Positions 18,880 through 29,800 of a stretch of DNA of 64,000 nt are shown piece by piece; the stretch's first letter is position 1, and every line of letters begins with the position of its first letter. Location: positions 53,396-117,395 of IMG/VR virus record IMGVR_UViG_3300025117_000038. One strand, 5' to 3'. This stretch comes from a virus. A program made the translations under genes and the position numbers. The notes below the pieces were generated by a model. That model was not told the DNA's origin and did no database searches. It worked only from the letters and a program-made list of their open reading frames with translations.

Positions 18880-20955
18880 ATGAAACGTCTATTTTTACTT
18901 TTAGCAACTTTAATTATGTTGCCAATTTTTTCGTATGCAACAGATTTTACATTGGGAGGGGGGACAGAGGACTGTAATTCTGTTACCATCAGCGCAATTG
19001 TACCAGATTCAAACTATAATGTTGATGTATATTTGAGAGTTAATGCTGCGGCCAATAACCCCGGTAGGGCAAGAGCCATTATTTATTGGCCGACATTAAA
19101 TGATTCGCTTGGTGCTGGAATTATTGTATCATCATGTTCTTTATTTGTTGATTATCAAGGGGGAACAAATGATACATTGGAGTTTGGTATTTATGGTATT
19201 TTACAATCTTGGGTGGAAACTGAAGCAACATGGAATAGCTATTCAACTGGGAATACATGGAACACTGCTGGTGCTGATGGAAGTGGAACAGATAGAACTG
19301 CAACCATATATGATTTACATACTGGCTCACAAGATACAACATCAACCGGATGGTATGCCTTTGATATAACCGAATTAGCACAAACATGGGATAATGGTGC
19401 TGGTATATACAATGGAACCATGATAGCTGTAAGAACTGGTATGGGGGGATATGATGCCTCAACATTCTGGGCAGATGAATGGTCAACAACAACAAGTAGA
19501 CCAAAAATTAAAATTTCTTATTCGGCTGCAAATAATCATGTTCTTACGGTTGTAGACACAAACGATGTCTCTTTTACTGTAAGCGATAACTATACGGCAG
19601 GTGGAACTCCCGATTCGATGATTCTTTTTTACGATTTGGATTCAAGTGTTTACGATGGTGATACAACCCTACATACCTCTGATATAACAGACCCAGAAGA
19701 ATTAACCGCCACTTCATTATCAGATAATATGTTATATTATTTCAGAACGGTATTTTATATATCCACATCTGCCGATACATCAGAACTTGGGAGTATTACA
19801 ACATTAAACACCCCATCTCACGAGCTCTCTGTTGTGGATACAAATTTAACGACATTTTCAGTAAGGAATAATTATAATGCCAATGATGTAGACACACTTT
19901 GGCTATTATGGGATACCGACGCCGACACCACAGGAAGCGATACCGCTTATATTACTACTGGGATTACGCAACCAGATACACTTCAAGCAACAGGATTAAC
20001 CGCCGCTACTGAATATAATTACTGGTTTATGTTACATGACCAACTCGGTAGAAGTTTATCAACCATGGGAACCATTACAACATGGGCAGGTGATTCATAT
20101 CCACCTGATTCCATGACCACTTTTACAATACTGTATTTATTAAGTCTTGGTTCAGATAGTTTAAGAGCTACATTGGGAACCGTTGACTCTGCTGATTATA
20201 CGAGATTAATTATTCAATACGGAACTACTATCCCAACTGATACAAACTCTGGAACAAGATGTGTTAACGCAGGGTCATGGGAAGATACAACTATTAACAT
20301 AATATTTGATGCCGATACTTCGACTTGGGCATATTTTTCTGTGTTTGTACTTGATGAACAGAATAATGTTTCCGACAAAACTGTGGATAGCGTTTATATT
20401 CCTGCATATACTGGTGGAGGAAGTTGTGATGTAACAGAATTAACAGCAAAAGTAGATTCATTATTAGGGGCAACATTCAGAGTTGGTTATGAATATATGA
20501 TGGCCTCTGACACCACTGGTTTATTTACTATTACGGAAGCAAGGCTTGATTCTATGTTAAATGCCAATTTTAGGGTTGGATATGCATACATGATGGCTTC
20601 CGATACCGAGAATATTATTTCTAATCTTGTCAATTATGACCTGACAACATTTGTTGATTCATCTGCTTATATGTTCGGGAATGTAATGGTAATTGCAGGT
20701 GACAGTTCATTATGGGCAAGCACCGCCAACATGAGAGATAGTTTACAAGCAGAAGGGTCTTATTTGTATTATTTGGCATTAGCTCAAAGTGCTTTTCCAA
20801 GTGGAAAAAAAGTTTACTATCCGAATGACGGAACCGCTTATAAAGATAGTGTTGTCTATTTAGATAATCTTGATGTTGCTAAAATGGTTGTTAGGTTTTA
20901 TCATAGCAATAATCAAAATGTTTTAGACACAAGTACCACAGTATTACCAGAATAG
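18880..20955 (+). CDS. Signal-peptide protein with DNRLRE/CBM96-like domain and FN3-like repeats
   Basis: Signal MKRLFLLLATLIMLPIFSYA. WVETEATWN...WNTAGA, WYAFDITELAQTW and RPKIKISY match DNRLRE-type domains. FN3-like TGLTAATEYNYW. Confidence 0.65.
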   Translation: MKRLFLLLATLIMLPIFSYATDFTLGGGTEDCNSVTISAIVPDSNYNVDVYLRVNAAANNPGRARAIIYWPTLNDSLGAGIIVSSCSLFVDYQGGTNDTLEFGIYGILQSWVETEATWNSYSTGNTWNTAGADGSGTDRTATIYDLHTGSQDTTSTGWYAFDITELAQTWDNGAGIYNGTMIAVRTGMGGYDASTFWADEWSTTTSRPKIKISYSAANNHVLTVVDTNDVSFTVSDNYTAGGTPDSMILFYDLDSSVYDGDTTLHTSDITDPEELTATSLSDNMLYYFRTVFYISTSADTSELGSITTLNTPSHELSVVDTNLTTFSVRNNYNANDVDTLWLLWDTDADTTGSDTAYITTGITQPDTLQATGLTAATEYNYWFMLHDQLGRSLSTMGTITTWAGDSYPPDSMTTFTILYLLSLGSDSLRATLGTVDSADYTRLIIQYGTTIPTDTNSGTRCVNAGSWEDTTINIIFDADTSTWAYFSVFVLDEQNNVSDKTVDSVYIPAYTGGGSCDVTELTAKVDSLLGATFRVGYEYMMASDTTGLFTITEARLDSMLNANFRVGYAYMMASDTENIISNLVNYDLTTFVDSSAYMFGNVMVIAGDSSLWASTANMRDSLQAEGSYLYYLALAQSAFPSGKKVYYPNDGTAYKDSVVYLDNLDVAKMVVRFYHSNNQNVLDTSTTVLPE

Positions 20956-20964
20956 TAGGTTAAA

Positions 20965-21747
20965 ATGGGTATTGATGATTTTTCTCCAACTCCAGGTTGG
21001 GATTGGGATTTCCATCCAGTTTTTATGGATGGAACTCTCGATAGTGAAAATAAAAATATAATATTTATCGTTAGTGATTACACTAAAGATGATTCAAATC
21101 CATCAAGAAATATAATATTTAATGTCAAAGAAAATTCCAATGACAACAAAAATATTATATTTGTCGGTAAAGATGTATATAATTACGACAGAAATATTAT
21201 ATTCGAATCAGCTTACCTTTACAATATATCAAGAAACATAACATTTATAACAAAAGATTATAATAATACAAACAGAACAATAATATTCAATTCTGGTGAA
21301 ATTGATAATACCTCAAGAAACCTAATATTCCATGGAAGTGATATTTCTAATGTTGACAGAACAACTGTATTCACTGTTAAGGATACCGAGAATATAAGTA
21401 GAGATATTATATTTGTTTCTTGGATTTTTGAGAATGTATTAAGTAATGTAATTTTTCATACTAAAGACATTTCAAATGAAACAAAAAATATAATATTTAC
21501 GGGAACATATCCCCACATAGAAGTCGATGTTATTTTTAAGACCAAATCAACTGATTCAGGCACAAGCAATATTATATTAATAACGCAAGACTTACATTAT
21601 ACAGCTCGTTCTATTATTATGAACACAGTGGAGGGAGATAGTGCGACAAGAAATATTATATTTCGTGGAAGAGAATTTTTGGCCGGAGGTGGTATTATTG
21701 TGGTTCCAAGGCATAAGAATATGAGAAGAAAAAGAAAAGTACTATAA
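20965..21747 (+). CDS. Short paralogue of the 14-aa repeat protein (about 15 units)
   Basis: RNIIFNVKENSNDN / KNIIFVGKDVYNYD / RNIIFESAYLYNIS ... ending in AGGG plus a basic tail. Confidence 0.7.
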   Translation: MGIDDFSPTPGWDWDFHPVFMDGTLDSENKNIIFIVSDYTKDDSNPSRNIIFNVKENSNDNKNIIFVGKDVYNYDRNIIFESAYLYNISRNITFITKDYNNTNRTIIFNSGEIDNTSRNLIFHGSDISNVDRTTVFTVKDTENISRDIIFVSWIFENVLSNVIFHTKDISNETKNIIFTGTYPHIEVDVIFKTKSTDSGTSNIILITQDLHYTARSIIMNTVEGDSATRNIIFRGREFLAGGGIIVVPRHKNMRRKRKVL

Positions 21748-21771
21748 ACGGTTGTTATTCAAGATGTTATG
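21745..21771 (+). promoter_or_regulatory. Copy of TAA-N4-TTG-N12-TTA motif upstream of neck/tail operon
   Basis: taaacggttgttattcaagatgttatg. Confidence 0.45.
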
Positions 21772-21843
21772 TTGATAATTTTGTTATTAAATGTTTTTTA
21801 GGCTAAAAACCCTAAAAAATATGTATATAGAGTAGGAGGTAAT

Positions 21844-22650
21844 GTGAATTATAATAATGATGGACTGCAAGTTATATTATTAGACAAAGCGGAAACAATT
21901 TATAGGGAATTCCGCGATGCCGACAATCAAAAAACTGACCCGGTTTCTCCTATAGTCAGAGTATACGACCCTTCTGGCGTAAGGGTTGTTTCGGCGGCTC
22001 CGACTAAAGAAACAACTGGTGTCTATTACTACACCATGTCTCTTGCCTCTTCTTATGCAGAGGGAATTTATCAGGCATATTGGGAAGGGACAATTAATGG
22101 TCAGTTCGTTACCATGGATGTTCCCCAATATCTGGCCGTTCAAAAAGTTCCATGGCAGATGGGGTTGTCTTCAGAACTTGTTAATTCTGTAAGAAGGATG
22201 ATAGGGGATACCAATCCGAACAATTATAGGATATCAACCCAAGATATTTATTTTTATATAGCTGATGCTGTCGATGCCGTTCAGATGGAGTATAACATGG
22301 GATATACGGCAACCGTAACACCAACCTCTCTTTCTATAGTAAAATCTGACGGAACTGCGCCAACGGCTTTAGCGAAATCATTATTTAAGATAAAGTGTGC
22401 CGAGATTATCTTAACCGGAGTTTTATTTGATGTTTTATTCGATGGAGCTAATATTAACGTAGCTGATATTAGAATCAATATGAGAGATACCATATCAGGA
22501 AGAAAGTCTTTAAGGGATTCTCTCAGAAGTGAATTTAGTGCCATGTTAAAACAAATAAAAATGAATGCTTATTCAGGTGGTTCAATCGTAGACAATTATG
22601 GATATAATAAATATGGAGCATCATATGTTACCCCCGGAGACACTCCATGA
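21844..22650 (+). CDS. Head-tail adaptor protein with N-terminal Ig-like domain
   Basis: VYDPSG...TGVYYY...GIYQAYW Ig-like domain followed by the adaptor-like motif VRRMIGD. GTG start with AGGAGG. Confidence 0.6.
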   Translation: MNYNNDGLQVILLDKAETIYREFRDADNQKTDPVSPIVRVYDPSGVRVVSAAPTKETTGVYYYTMSLASSYAEGIYQAYWEGTINGQFVTMDVPQYLAVQKVPWQMGLSSELVNSVRRMIGDTNPNNYRISTQDIYFYIADAVDAVQMEYNMGYTATVTPTSLSIVKSDGTAPTALAKSLFKIKCAEIILTGVLFDVLFDGANINVADIRINMRDTISGRKSLRDSLRSEFSAMLKQIKMNAYSGGSIVDNYGYNKYGASYVTPGDTP

Positions 22651-23126
22651 GTAAAGATTCCATAGAAAGAACTTTCATAAGACAGGTCACTGGATTAATT
22701 GATGAATACGGTAAACCGATAGAAATACAATTTCACAGTTCATATAATTGTTCTTATTGTACGGTTAATCCGATTACTCATGAAAGTTTAAATCCTTATT
22801 GTACAACCTGTAATGGAACCGGAAAATATACTGTTTCAACATCCTATTATATAAACGGAATTGTAAACAATTTTATAGGTAATCCTAATTTTATTTTATA
22901 TGGCAATGAAACTTATAACCTAATTCCAGAAGGTAGAGCAAGAGTTACCTGTTGGTTAAATGATGTTTTAGTTGATGACCATTCTACCGGGGGAAAGACG
23001 TATCTCGATAGTGCCGATGCTGTTGTTATTTATAATAACACTTATACTGTAAAAAATTATCAAAGAACAGGAATAAACAAGGCAAGAGTTGCTGTAATTA
23101 ATCTTGAATTAAAGGAAGGGGATTAG
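22647..23126 (+). CDS. Head closure/stopper-like protein with CxxC...CxxCxGxG
   Basis: CSYC...PYCTTCNGTGK, positioned after the adaptor. Confidence 0.5.
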   Translation: MSKDSIERTFIRQVTGLIDEYGKPIEIQFHSSYNCSYCTVNPITHESLNPYCTTCNGTGKYTVSTSYYINGIVNNFIGNPNFILYGNETYNLIPEGRARVTCWLNDVLVDDHSTGGKTYLDSADAVVIYNNTYTVKNYQRTGINKARVAVINLELKEGD

Positions 23127-23127
23127 A

Positions 23128-23331
23128 ATGAATGGAGAAATGGAAAATGTTGTTTTCCAGAGTATGGAAAATATGAAGAATATAGCGTTAAAAAATATAT
23201 TAAATATGGTTGACGTTATTTTAGACCCAGAGGAAAGATTCAGCAGGAGAAGAGAAAAACTTCGCAAAACAATAATGGATGAGATTAACAATCTCTACCG
23301 TTACTTTTTGGGGGAGCAAAGTGAGCGTTAA
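23128..23331 (+). CDS. Small hypothetical protein
   Basis: Packed ORF with RBS; LRKTIMDEINNLYR. Confidence 0.5.
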   Translation: MNGEMENVVFQSMENMKNIALKNILNMVDVILDPEERFSRRREKLRKTIMDEINNLYRYFLGEQSER

Positions 23332-23908
23332 AATAACCAGTGGTGGGAGACACGCAAAAGTTCAAGTTGAACTTGGTAAGTTGGGTAAGTTTGCCGAAAT
23401 TATAAAAGAAAAGTTTAATTCCAGAGACAGCAATGCCATGGGAGGGTTTCTTGATACATTCGGGAAGAAGATTGTTAGTGCTGTTGTTGAAAGATATGTC
23501 ATGACAGCCAGCACTTCTGAAGATATGATGAAAAGAAGAATGAAATTGTATGGCTCTATAAATCCTTTAGATGGATTACTTGGAAGACAGATAAACTATT
23601 CCGAATATTCAAAAATTGACAATGGATGGGAATTAATTATAGGCAATCCGACTTTATATCCACTTGGTCAGGGGGCTCCTTTTTATTCTATTTTCCAAGA
23701 GGGTGGAACCAAAGGGTCACCTATGACCCCATATGTTTTGGGGCAAAAAATAGATAAGGCAACGGGAACGATTGTCAATATTATGCATCCAGGATTACCA
23801 AACAGGGAATTTTTATTAACTGGATTTATTTTTGGATTACAAAATGTTGGGAATGATATTAGTGCTGAGATAAAAAGATGGATTAATGAGGCGAGTAACA
23901 TAAAATGA
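23321..23908 (+). CDS. Neck protein (HK97 gp10-like)
   Basis: YSIFQEGGT...HPGLPNREFL resembles the gp10-like YA.FvE.GT...HPG..p.pF motif. GTG start after GGGGAG. Confidence 0.55.
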   Translation: MSVKITSGGRHAKVQVELGKLGKFAEIIKEKFNSRDSNAMGGFLDTFGKKIVSAVVERYVMTASTSEDMMKRRMKLYGSINPLDGLLGRQINYSEYSKIDNGWELIIGNPTLYPLGQGAPFYSIFQEGGTKGSPMTPYVLGQKIDKATGTIVNIMHPGLPNREFLLTGFIFGLQNVGNDISAEIKRWINEASNIK

Positions 23909-24396
23909 AAATAACCAATAGTGCAAAAATGTCTATTATATATTACATCATGGAACTTATGGAAGACTTCGGATTTGTACATGGGAGATATACCGTTATT
24001 GACTCCTATCCGAACATTCAAACCGATTCTCCTGTATTCCCTTTAATAACAGTCGGGAGTCCGTACAGGTCTTCTGTCCCTGTTCAATTAAGTTCAAGAC
24101 CATGTATAGAGATAAGGGTTGCAATAGATGTTTTTGCTAATAGCGAAGCACAGAAAAGTGATATAGTTGATTTGTTACAAGAAAATATTGTTGATAAATA
24201 TTTGACTGTATACAATTTTAGTACTGGATTCCCTTCTGCGGTTGGTGTTTATACCGGAATATCGAATTATGGTAAGATGCTTGTTAAGGGATTTTCGTCT
24301 GTTGATATGCCATCATCTAAATTTGAAAAAATAGAACAAGAAAAATATCACGAAATGATAATAATAACAATACAATTACCAATAAATAGCCTTTGA
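23905..24396 (+). CDS. Tail terminator/completion protein
   Basis: FPLITV...VAIDVFANSEAQKSDIVD, directly before the major tail gene. Confidence 0.6.
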   Translation: MKITNSAKMSIIYYIMELMEDFGFVHGRYTVIDSYPNIQTDSPVFPLITVGSPYRSSVPVQLSSRPCIEIRVAIDVFANSEAQKSDIVDLLQENIVDKYLTVYNFSTGFPSAVGVYTGISNYGKMLVKGFSSVDMPSSKFEKIEQEKYHEMIIITIQLPINSL

Positions 24397-24410
24397 AAGG
24401 AGGAATTGGA

Positions 24411-25811
24411 ATGACCGAAAATATCAAATACACAAGGGTTGCACTTACCATTGATGGTGTTCAAGCCCATCGTGTACAAAACCTAGGAAGCTCTGGAGAT
24501 ATTCCCACCGAAAAACTAAAGGAATTAACTAATAGAGGTTCTACAGAAATTAGAACAAGTCTTCCTGCAATCAATGTTACTATAGATACCAACGATATCG
24601 GTTCTACCGACACACTGGCGTTAGTTTCCGATAAGATGATAGATAAAACATTGGCTACGGAGACAAATGGCCCAAGGGGTGGGTTTTTCAGAAATTATAT
24701 TAAAAATGCTTCATCTAATGCTACCGAGAGAACAATTACCGCAGATGATTTGCTTGATTGCTATTGTGATTTTATGATTCCTATTACTGAAGACGGAACC
24801 AACATCACAAGGGCGGCTTGGATTCATCGTGCCTCGATTAGTGGTTTATCGTGGAGTTATGATGTTAATGGATACGCATCCGAAAACTATTCGTTCACTG
24901 CCGATAACAAAAGGTGGTTCTTGAATGACTGGAAAGTTGCCAGAGTTTATAAACCCCACAATGTGGCTCAGAAGCATTCCGGTGATGCTACTACCCAAAC
25001 TTGGAATAATATGGCATCGGCAGTTCCTGATGGTTCAAAAATTCTTTATTATTGTAAGAACGAACATATTTATAGAAACTCAAAAGCTGGATACGGAAGT
25101 GGAACAGTTGAAATTTCCACCGCAGGAACATACAATGGTGTTGTTCATGCTGGTCAGATATGGGTTTCAACAAGTGGTGTTACACTAAACACCGCAGCTT
25201 CAACTGACGATGTTTACTTCGTATATGTTTGTACTGCCGCCGCAGCTTCGGCATGGGCAGAGGGAACAAAAGGCACAAAGGGTGTCGGTTACGATATCGT
25301 TTCTACATCTGGTTCTTTCGGTGGTATTACAAGAGAATACTTAGCAGCCTACTTATATAACACAGGTGGTCCTATCGGTGATACGGCTCTTCCATCAGAA
25401 CCTACCTTACGTTTACAATCTGTTAATATCGATTATTCTGCTACCGATGAAGAGTTGGTTCAGTTATCATACAAACGTAGATATGGTTATAGTAGGATTG
25501 ACCCCGTTTTTACAATTACTGTTTCTGCTAATGATTCAGATTTAGATATGTTCGCAAGAGCTTGTGCTACTTCTGATGCTTCAGCCAAGACCATTAGTAT
25601 GGATGATTTCACAAGAACCAATAAATTGGTTGTTAAAACCTATAAAGATGAAAACAGAACACAACTTGTCAGAACCATGACAATTTCTGATTTAGCGGTG
25701 TCGAGTGAGAATTGGAATGTTAGTGTTGGAGGTAACGCATCACAAGAATTTACATTCACTGCCGATAACATTTCTGTTGTTGGTAATGACGTAAGTTTAA
25801 CTGGATATTAA
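24411..25811 (+). CDS. Major tail (tube) protein
   Basis: HRVQNL and RLQSV halves, each ending A.E.Y/F.FTADN (internal duplication). Followed by a terminator and the chaperones. Confidence 0.65.
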   Translation: MTENIKYTRVALTIDGVQAHRVQNLGSSGDIPTEKLKELTNRGSTEIRTSLPAINVTIDTNDIGSTDTLALVSDKMIDKTLATETNGPRGGFFRNYIKNASSNATERTITADDLLDCYCDFMIPITEDGTNITRAAWIHRASISGLSWSYDVNGYASENYSFTADNKRWFLNDWKVARVYKPHNVAQKHSGDATTQTWNNMASAVPDGSKILYYCKNEHIYRNSKAGYGSGTVEISTAGTYNGVVHAGQIWVSTSGVTLNTAASTDDVYFVYVCTAAAASAWAEGTKGTKGVGYDIVSTSGSFGGITREYLAAYLYNTGGPIGDTALPSEPTLRLQSVNIDYSATDEELVQLSYKRRYGYSRIDPVFTITVSANDSDLDMFARACATSDASAKTISMDDFTRTNKLVVKTYKDENRTQLVRTMTISDLAVSSENWNVSVGGNASQEFTFTADNISVVGNDVSLTGY

Positions 25812-25816
25812 AAATA

Positions 25817-25838
25817 GGGGGGAATAACCCCCCATTAT
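25817..25838 (+). terminator. Probable intrinsic terminator after major tail gene
   Basis: gggggg-aataa-cccccc-attat, closely resembling the hairpin after the MCP. Confidence 0.5.
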
Positions 25839-25852
25839 AACGGAGGAAAGTA

Positions 25853-26584
25853 ATGGACGGGAAAAACGATAATTCCGGTATTATGGCAAAGGTAGAACAG
25901 GAATTGCTTCAAAAATTCAGAATTATTCATTTATCAAAATTCAAAGATAAAGAAAATTTTGATGTTTATATTCATCTACCTAATGTTGAAGAACAAACAT
26001 TAATATCTGATTATTATTCACAAATCTTCAATAATCTTTTAATTGACCCCAATAATAAATTACTTACAGAAAAAAGAATGGTAGAAGTTCTTAAAGAAAA
26101 GGGGATATGGACTAAGAGAGATGACGAAGAAATGGAGAGCCTAAGAAAGCAACTTACCAATCTTGAGATTGATATTCTGGAATACAAAAGACATAATAAT
26201 AACAAAGAAGTTATTGAAAAATTTGAAGAAGATTATAATAATCTTAGAAATAAAGTCATAGACAAGGCTATGCAAAAAGAGGGGTTTTTATCACATACTA
26301 TTGATAAAAAAGCTGAATCTAAATCAAGAATGTATCAAATAGTCCTATGTGTTAAAGACTCCGATGGAAATCAATTATGGAAAACGATAGATGAACTTGG
26401 GAAAGAAAATAGTACCGCAGGTGTCGCAGAGATAATCGCTGAAAGTCAATTGTTTTACAGTGGCTTAAGCAAGGAGGTACTACAGTGGCTCCCGAAGCGA
26501 TTATTCGAACAGGATGATACTTCGGGAGCGATACCCTTGGAAGAATTGCAAGAAAACCAAGATGGCAAAGAGCCTACAGTATAA
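25853..26584 (+). CDS. Tail assembly chaperone (G-like)
   Basis: Helical charged protein between tail tube and tape measure. Confidence 0.6.
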   Translation: MDGKNDNSGIMAKVEQELLQKFRIIHLSKFKDKENFDVYIHLPNVEEQTLISDYYSQIFNNLLIDPNNKLLTEKRMVEVLKEKGIWTKRDDEEMESLRKQLTNLEIDILEYKRHNNNKEVIEKFEEDYNNLRNKVIDKAMQKEGFLSHTIDKKAESKSRMYQIVLCVKDSDGNQLWKTIDELGKENSTAGVAEIIAESQLFYSGLSKEVLQWLPKRLFEQDDTSGAIPLEELQENQDGKEPTV

Positions 26585-26844
26585 GTGAGGCTCTCCACTC
26601 TCCGATGTTTCCGGGGGCTGTTTCTCAATGGAGTGAGGAACAAATAATCTTTGTCCATCTTTGTGGGTATTACCACAATATAATGAATGAAGACAAGAAA
26701 CCCGATGATTATACATTTGCTCATGATGTTTTGTTAGAAAGATGGGTTGATAATAAAAAGAAACAGGAAAAGAGCAAAAAAGGGAACGGAAGACAGGGAA
26801 GACATAGTGCTTCCAATCACGCTGAAATTATAGAATTTGGGTAA
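26518..26844 (+). CDS. Tail assembly chaperone, second part (T-like); frame is open from 26518, first ATG at 26605
   Basis: The -1 frame relative to the upstream chaperone reads YFGSDTLGRIARKPRWQRAYSISEALHSPMFPG... and ends immediately before the tape measure. Confidence 0.5.
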   Translation, partial: YFGSDTLGRIARKPRWQRAYSISEALHSPMFPGAVSQWSEEQIIFVHLCGYYHNIMNEDKKPDDYTFAHDVLLERWVDNKKKQEKSKKGNGRQGRHSASNHAEIIEFG

Positions 26845-29800
26845 TGAATATGGCAGATTTGACACAAATGATTCGATTTATTTTTCAGGCTGAAAACTCC
26901 GAGGCTGTTATCTTAAAGTTACAACAAATAGAGGGAGCTGTCGGTAGTTTTGCCGGAATTGTCGGGGCAGACTTAAATAATGCTATTGATAGAGTTATTA
27001 TAGGTGCGAAAAAACTTGCACATGGGCTTGGTAAGGGAGAGGGTATATCAGAAGCTGCCCAAAAAATAAAAGAATTAAAAATTCAATATATGGAACTCAT
27101 TGCCGTATTTAATAAAAATAAAGGCAACGCCGCTTTCCCCAAAGAACAGATGATTGATAAAATATATCAATTATCATCAGCTATCAATAAAGCAGAATCA
27201 AATTTTGTAAAAATATCAAAATCAATGATTTCAGCAAGAACTGACGCCGAAAAAATAGGTACATCGTTTGCCACAGCCGGGACAAAAGTAAGTGGATTTA
27301 GGGGTATGGTTAATGAGGCAAGGGCTTCATTGGAAAAAATGGGTGGTGCTCAAACTAATCTAAATACAAGTCTTGATAATGCTATTGGAAAATTAATTAA
27401 ATATCGTCTTACTTATTTAATTTTCAGAAAAGCCGTCGACGCTGCCAAAGAATCATTAGAAACATTTGCTACTGTTAATACTCAATTAGCTCAATTAGAA
27501 AAAGTATTAGACCCTGCCACGAGTAATATCGAAGAATTAAGAGATGCTTCATTTGCTCTTGGAGAAGAATTTTCTGTTTCCGCAGAAAAGGTTTTAAAGG
27601 CTTTTGTTATATGGGCGCAGGTAGGTCTTTCTCAACAAGAGGTACTGGAAGCAACAAGAACTACTCTTGTTGGTGTTAATGCAATAGGTTTCGATACCGT
27701 TGAAATGACCGAAGCATTAACCTCTGTTATGTTTACATATGGTATAGAAGTCCAAAATACTATGCAATATGTAAATGAATGGATGAGAGTTCAAGCCAAA
27801 TTCCCAACTTCTGCACAGGATTTAGCAGGAGCATTAAAGGCTGTTGGTTCGGCTGCAAAAGAAGTCGGCGTAGATTTAACTGAATTAAGTGGATATGTTG
27901 TAGCCATAAATGCCATTACAAGAAAATCAGGTACTGCTATCGGTCAATCACTAAAAACAATGTTTGCTCGTATGGTTAAACCTGAATACATAGCATTATT
28001 ACAAGACGTTGGTATCGCGGTCAAGGCTAATGCAGATGAATTTAGGGATATTGATGACGTTTTAGATGAACTTTCTGAAAAGTGGAGCACTCTTACTGGT
28101 GTCCAAAAAACAAATATAGCTCAACAGGCTGGTGGAATAAGAAGATATGTAGATTTCTTGGCTTTGATGGATGCCTATGCATTAAAACAACAAGCTATCG
28201 TAGAGGCTCATCTTACTACTGATGAAGCTTTTAAGGCTTCAGATATAGAAGTTGCCACTTATACCAAACAGATGGAAGCACTAAAAGTCACTATGTCTGA
28301 TTTCGGAGAAGTGTTTGGTAAAGAATTGGCTGTAGGGATTATTGATGTTATTCAATCTTTAGCGGCAATATTAAAAATCCTTAAACCACTGGCTCCTTTG
28401 TTTGGTGCTATTATTAGGGTTGGTGGTTCAATGGCATTGATTTTTGGTACAATAAAAATAGCTGCTGCTGCATGGGGATTGATTCAAAGGCAGGTTACTA
28501 TAGCATTAGCACAATCAACTGTTGCGGTATCAAGTCATAGTGCTGCCGTGTTGGGATTAGCAGGAGTCACTACTACTGCTACTGGTGCAAATATCGGATT
28601 TGCTGCATCAATTAGGGCAGTTATGGGAGCACTTGGTCCTATAGCACTTGCTCTATCTTTAGTAGGTGGAGCTATTGCTACATATTACTCATTAGCAAGA
28701 GACTCTAATGAAACATTTAGAGCCCATGCTAAATACACCCAGATAGATATAGAAGCTTTAACAAAAAATATAAAAGCAAGAAGAGCTCAGAACGATATTA
28801 TTGACGAATCTGTTTCTCAATTTGAAATTCTTGCAAAAAAATATCAAACTTTAAAATCATTAGGTAAAGACATCACAGAAACAGAAAAACAAATGAGTGT
28901 ACAGGGAGATTTACTAAGTAGTATTAATACCGATTTGGCTATATCGGTTGACAGAATTATACGTTCTTTGGATGTAGGAAAAATAGCATTTGACGCATTA
29001 TACGAAGCAGCAACAAGAACGAAGGGAATAAATCAATCTTTAGCCAATGAAAATGAAAAAATATTAGCATCTAATAAAAAAGTTTTCGAACTAACTTATG
29101 ATACTAAAAAAGCTTCACTAGAAGCATCTATAAACGGTTTACAAAAAGCAGAAGAAGATATCATCAAAGCTATTGAATCTCCTGATATTTCTATATTAAA
29201 AGACAGACCCGTTGCATTAAATATAGACGATATGAATGATGCCGCAAAGGAACTATTAACTTTTAAATTAAAGTTCCTAAAGGAATTTTCTCCCTTTTTG
29301 TCAAAAGCAGAAGTAGACGAAATTAACGGAAGATTTGATGAAGTCGGAAAGGGAATAGAAACATTTGCATCTGATATAAGCTATGTATATAAAACACTTA
29401 ATCTCCAAGATTATGAAAATTTACCATTAGAGGAATTATTTAAGGTTGACCCAAATACAGCAATAAAAGCAGAGGAAACAATTAAAAAATTTAAATCAGA
29501 TGCAATAATTATGTTCGGTGATTTATATACGGGTGTTTCAGATAAATATAAAGAAGATTCAGAGGCTTTGGATAAATTAATAAAACAAAAGAATATTTTC
29601 GCTTCTTTGGAGGCTATAGAAGCTCCAACAGCTATCCCAACAAAATTTTATGAGATACCATTAAGTGGATTAGATGAATTAAAAACAAAATTGCAACAAA
29701 CTGTCGGTGATGTTCAATTGATGGGAGATTCTGTTGGTAGATTAATCAAATATAATGAACAAATGGGGAGTTCAGCCAAAGAAACCGCCTCATCTATTGC

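Noticed and set aside
20465-20610. Near-duplicate ~70-bp segments (FRVGY.YMMASDT twice) as a DGR template/variable pair
   Set aside because: Differences are mostly synonymous and not adenine-specific, both copies are in one ORF, and no RT is present.
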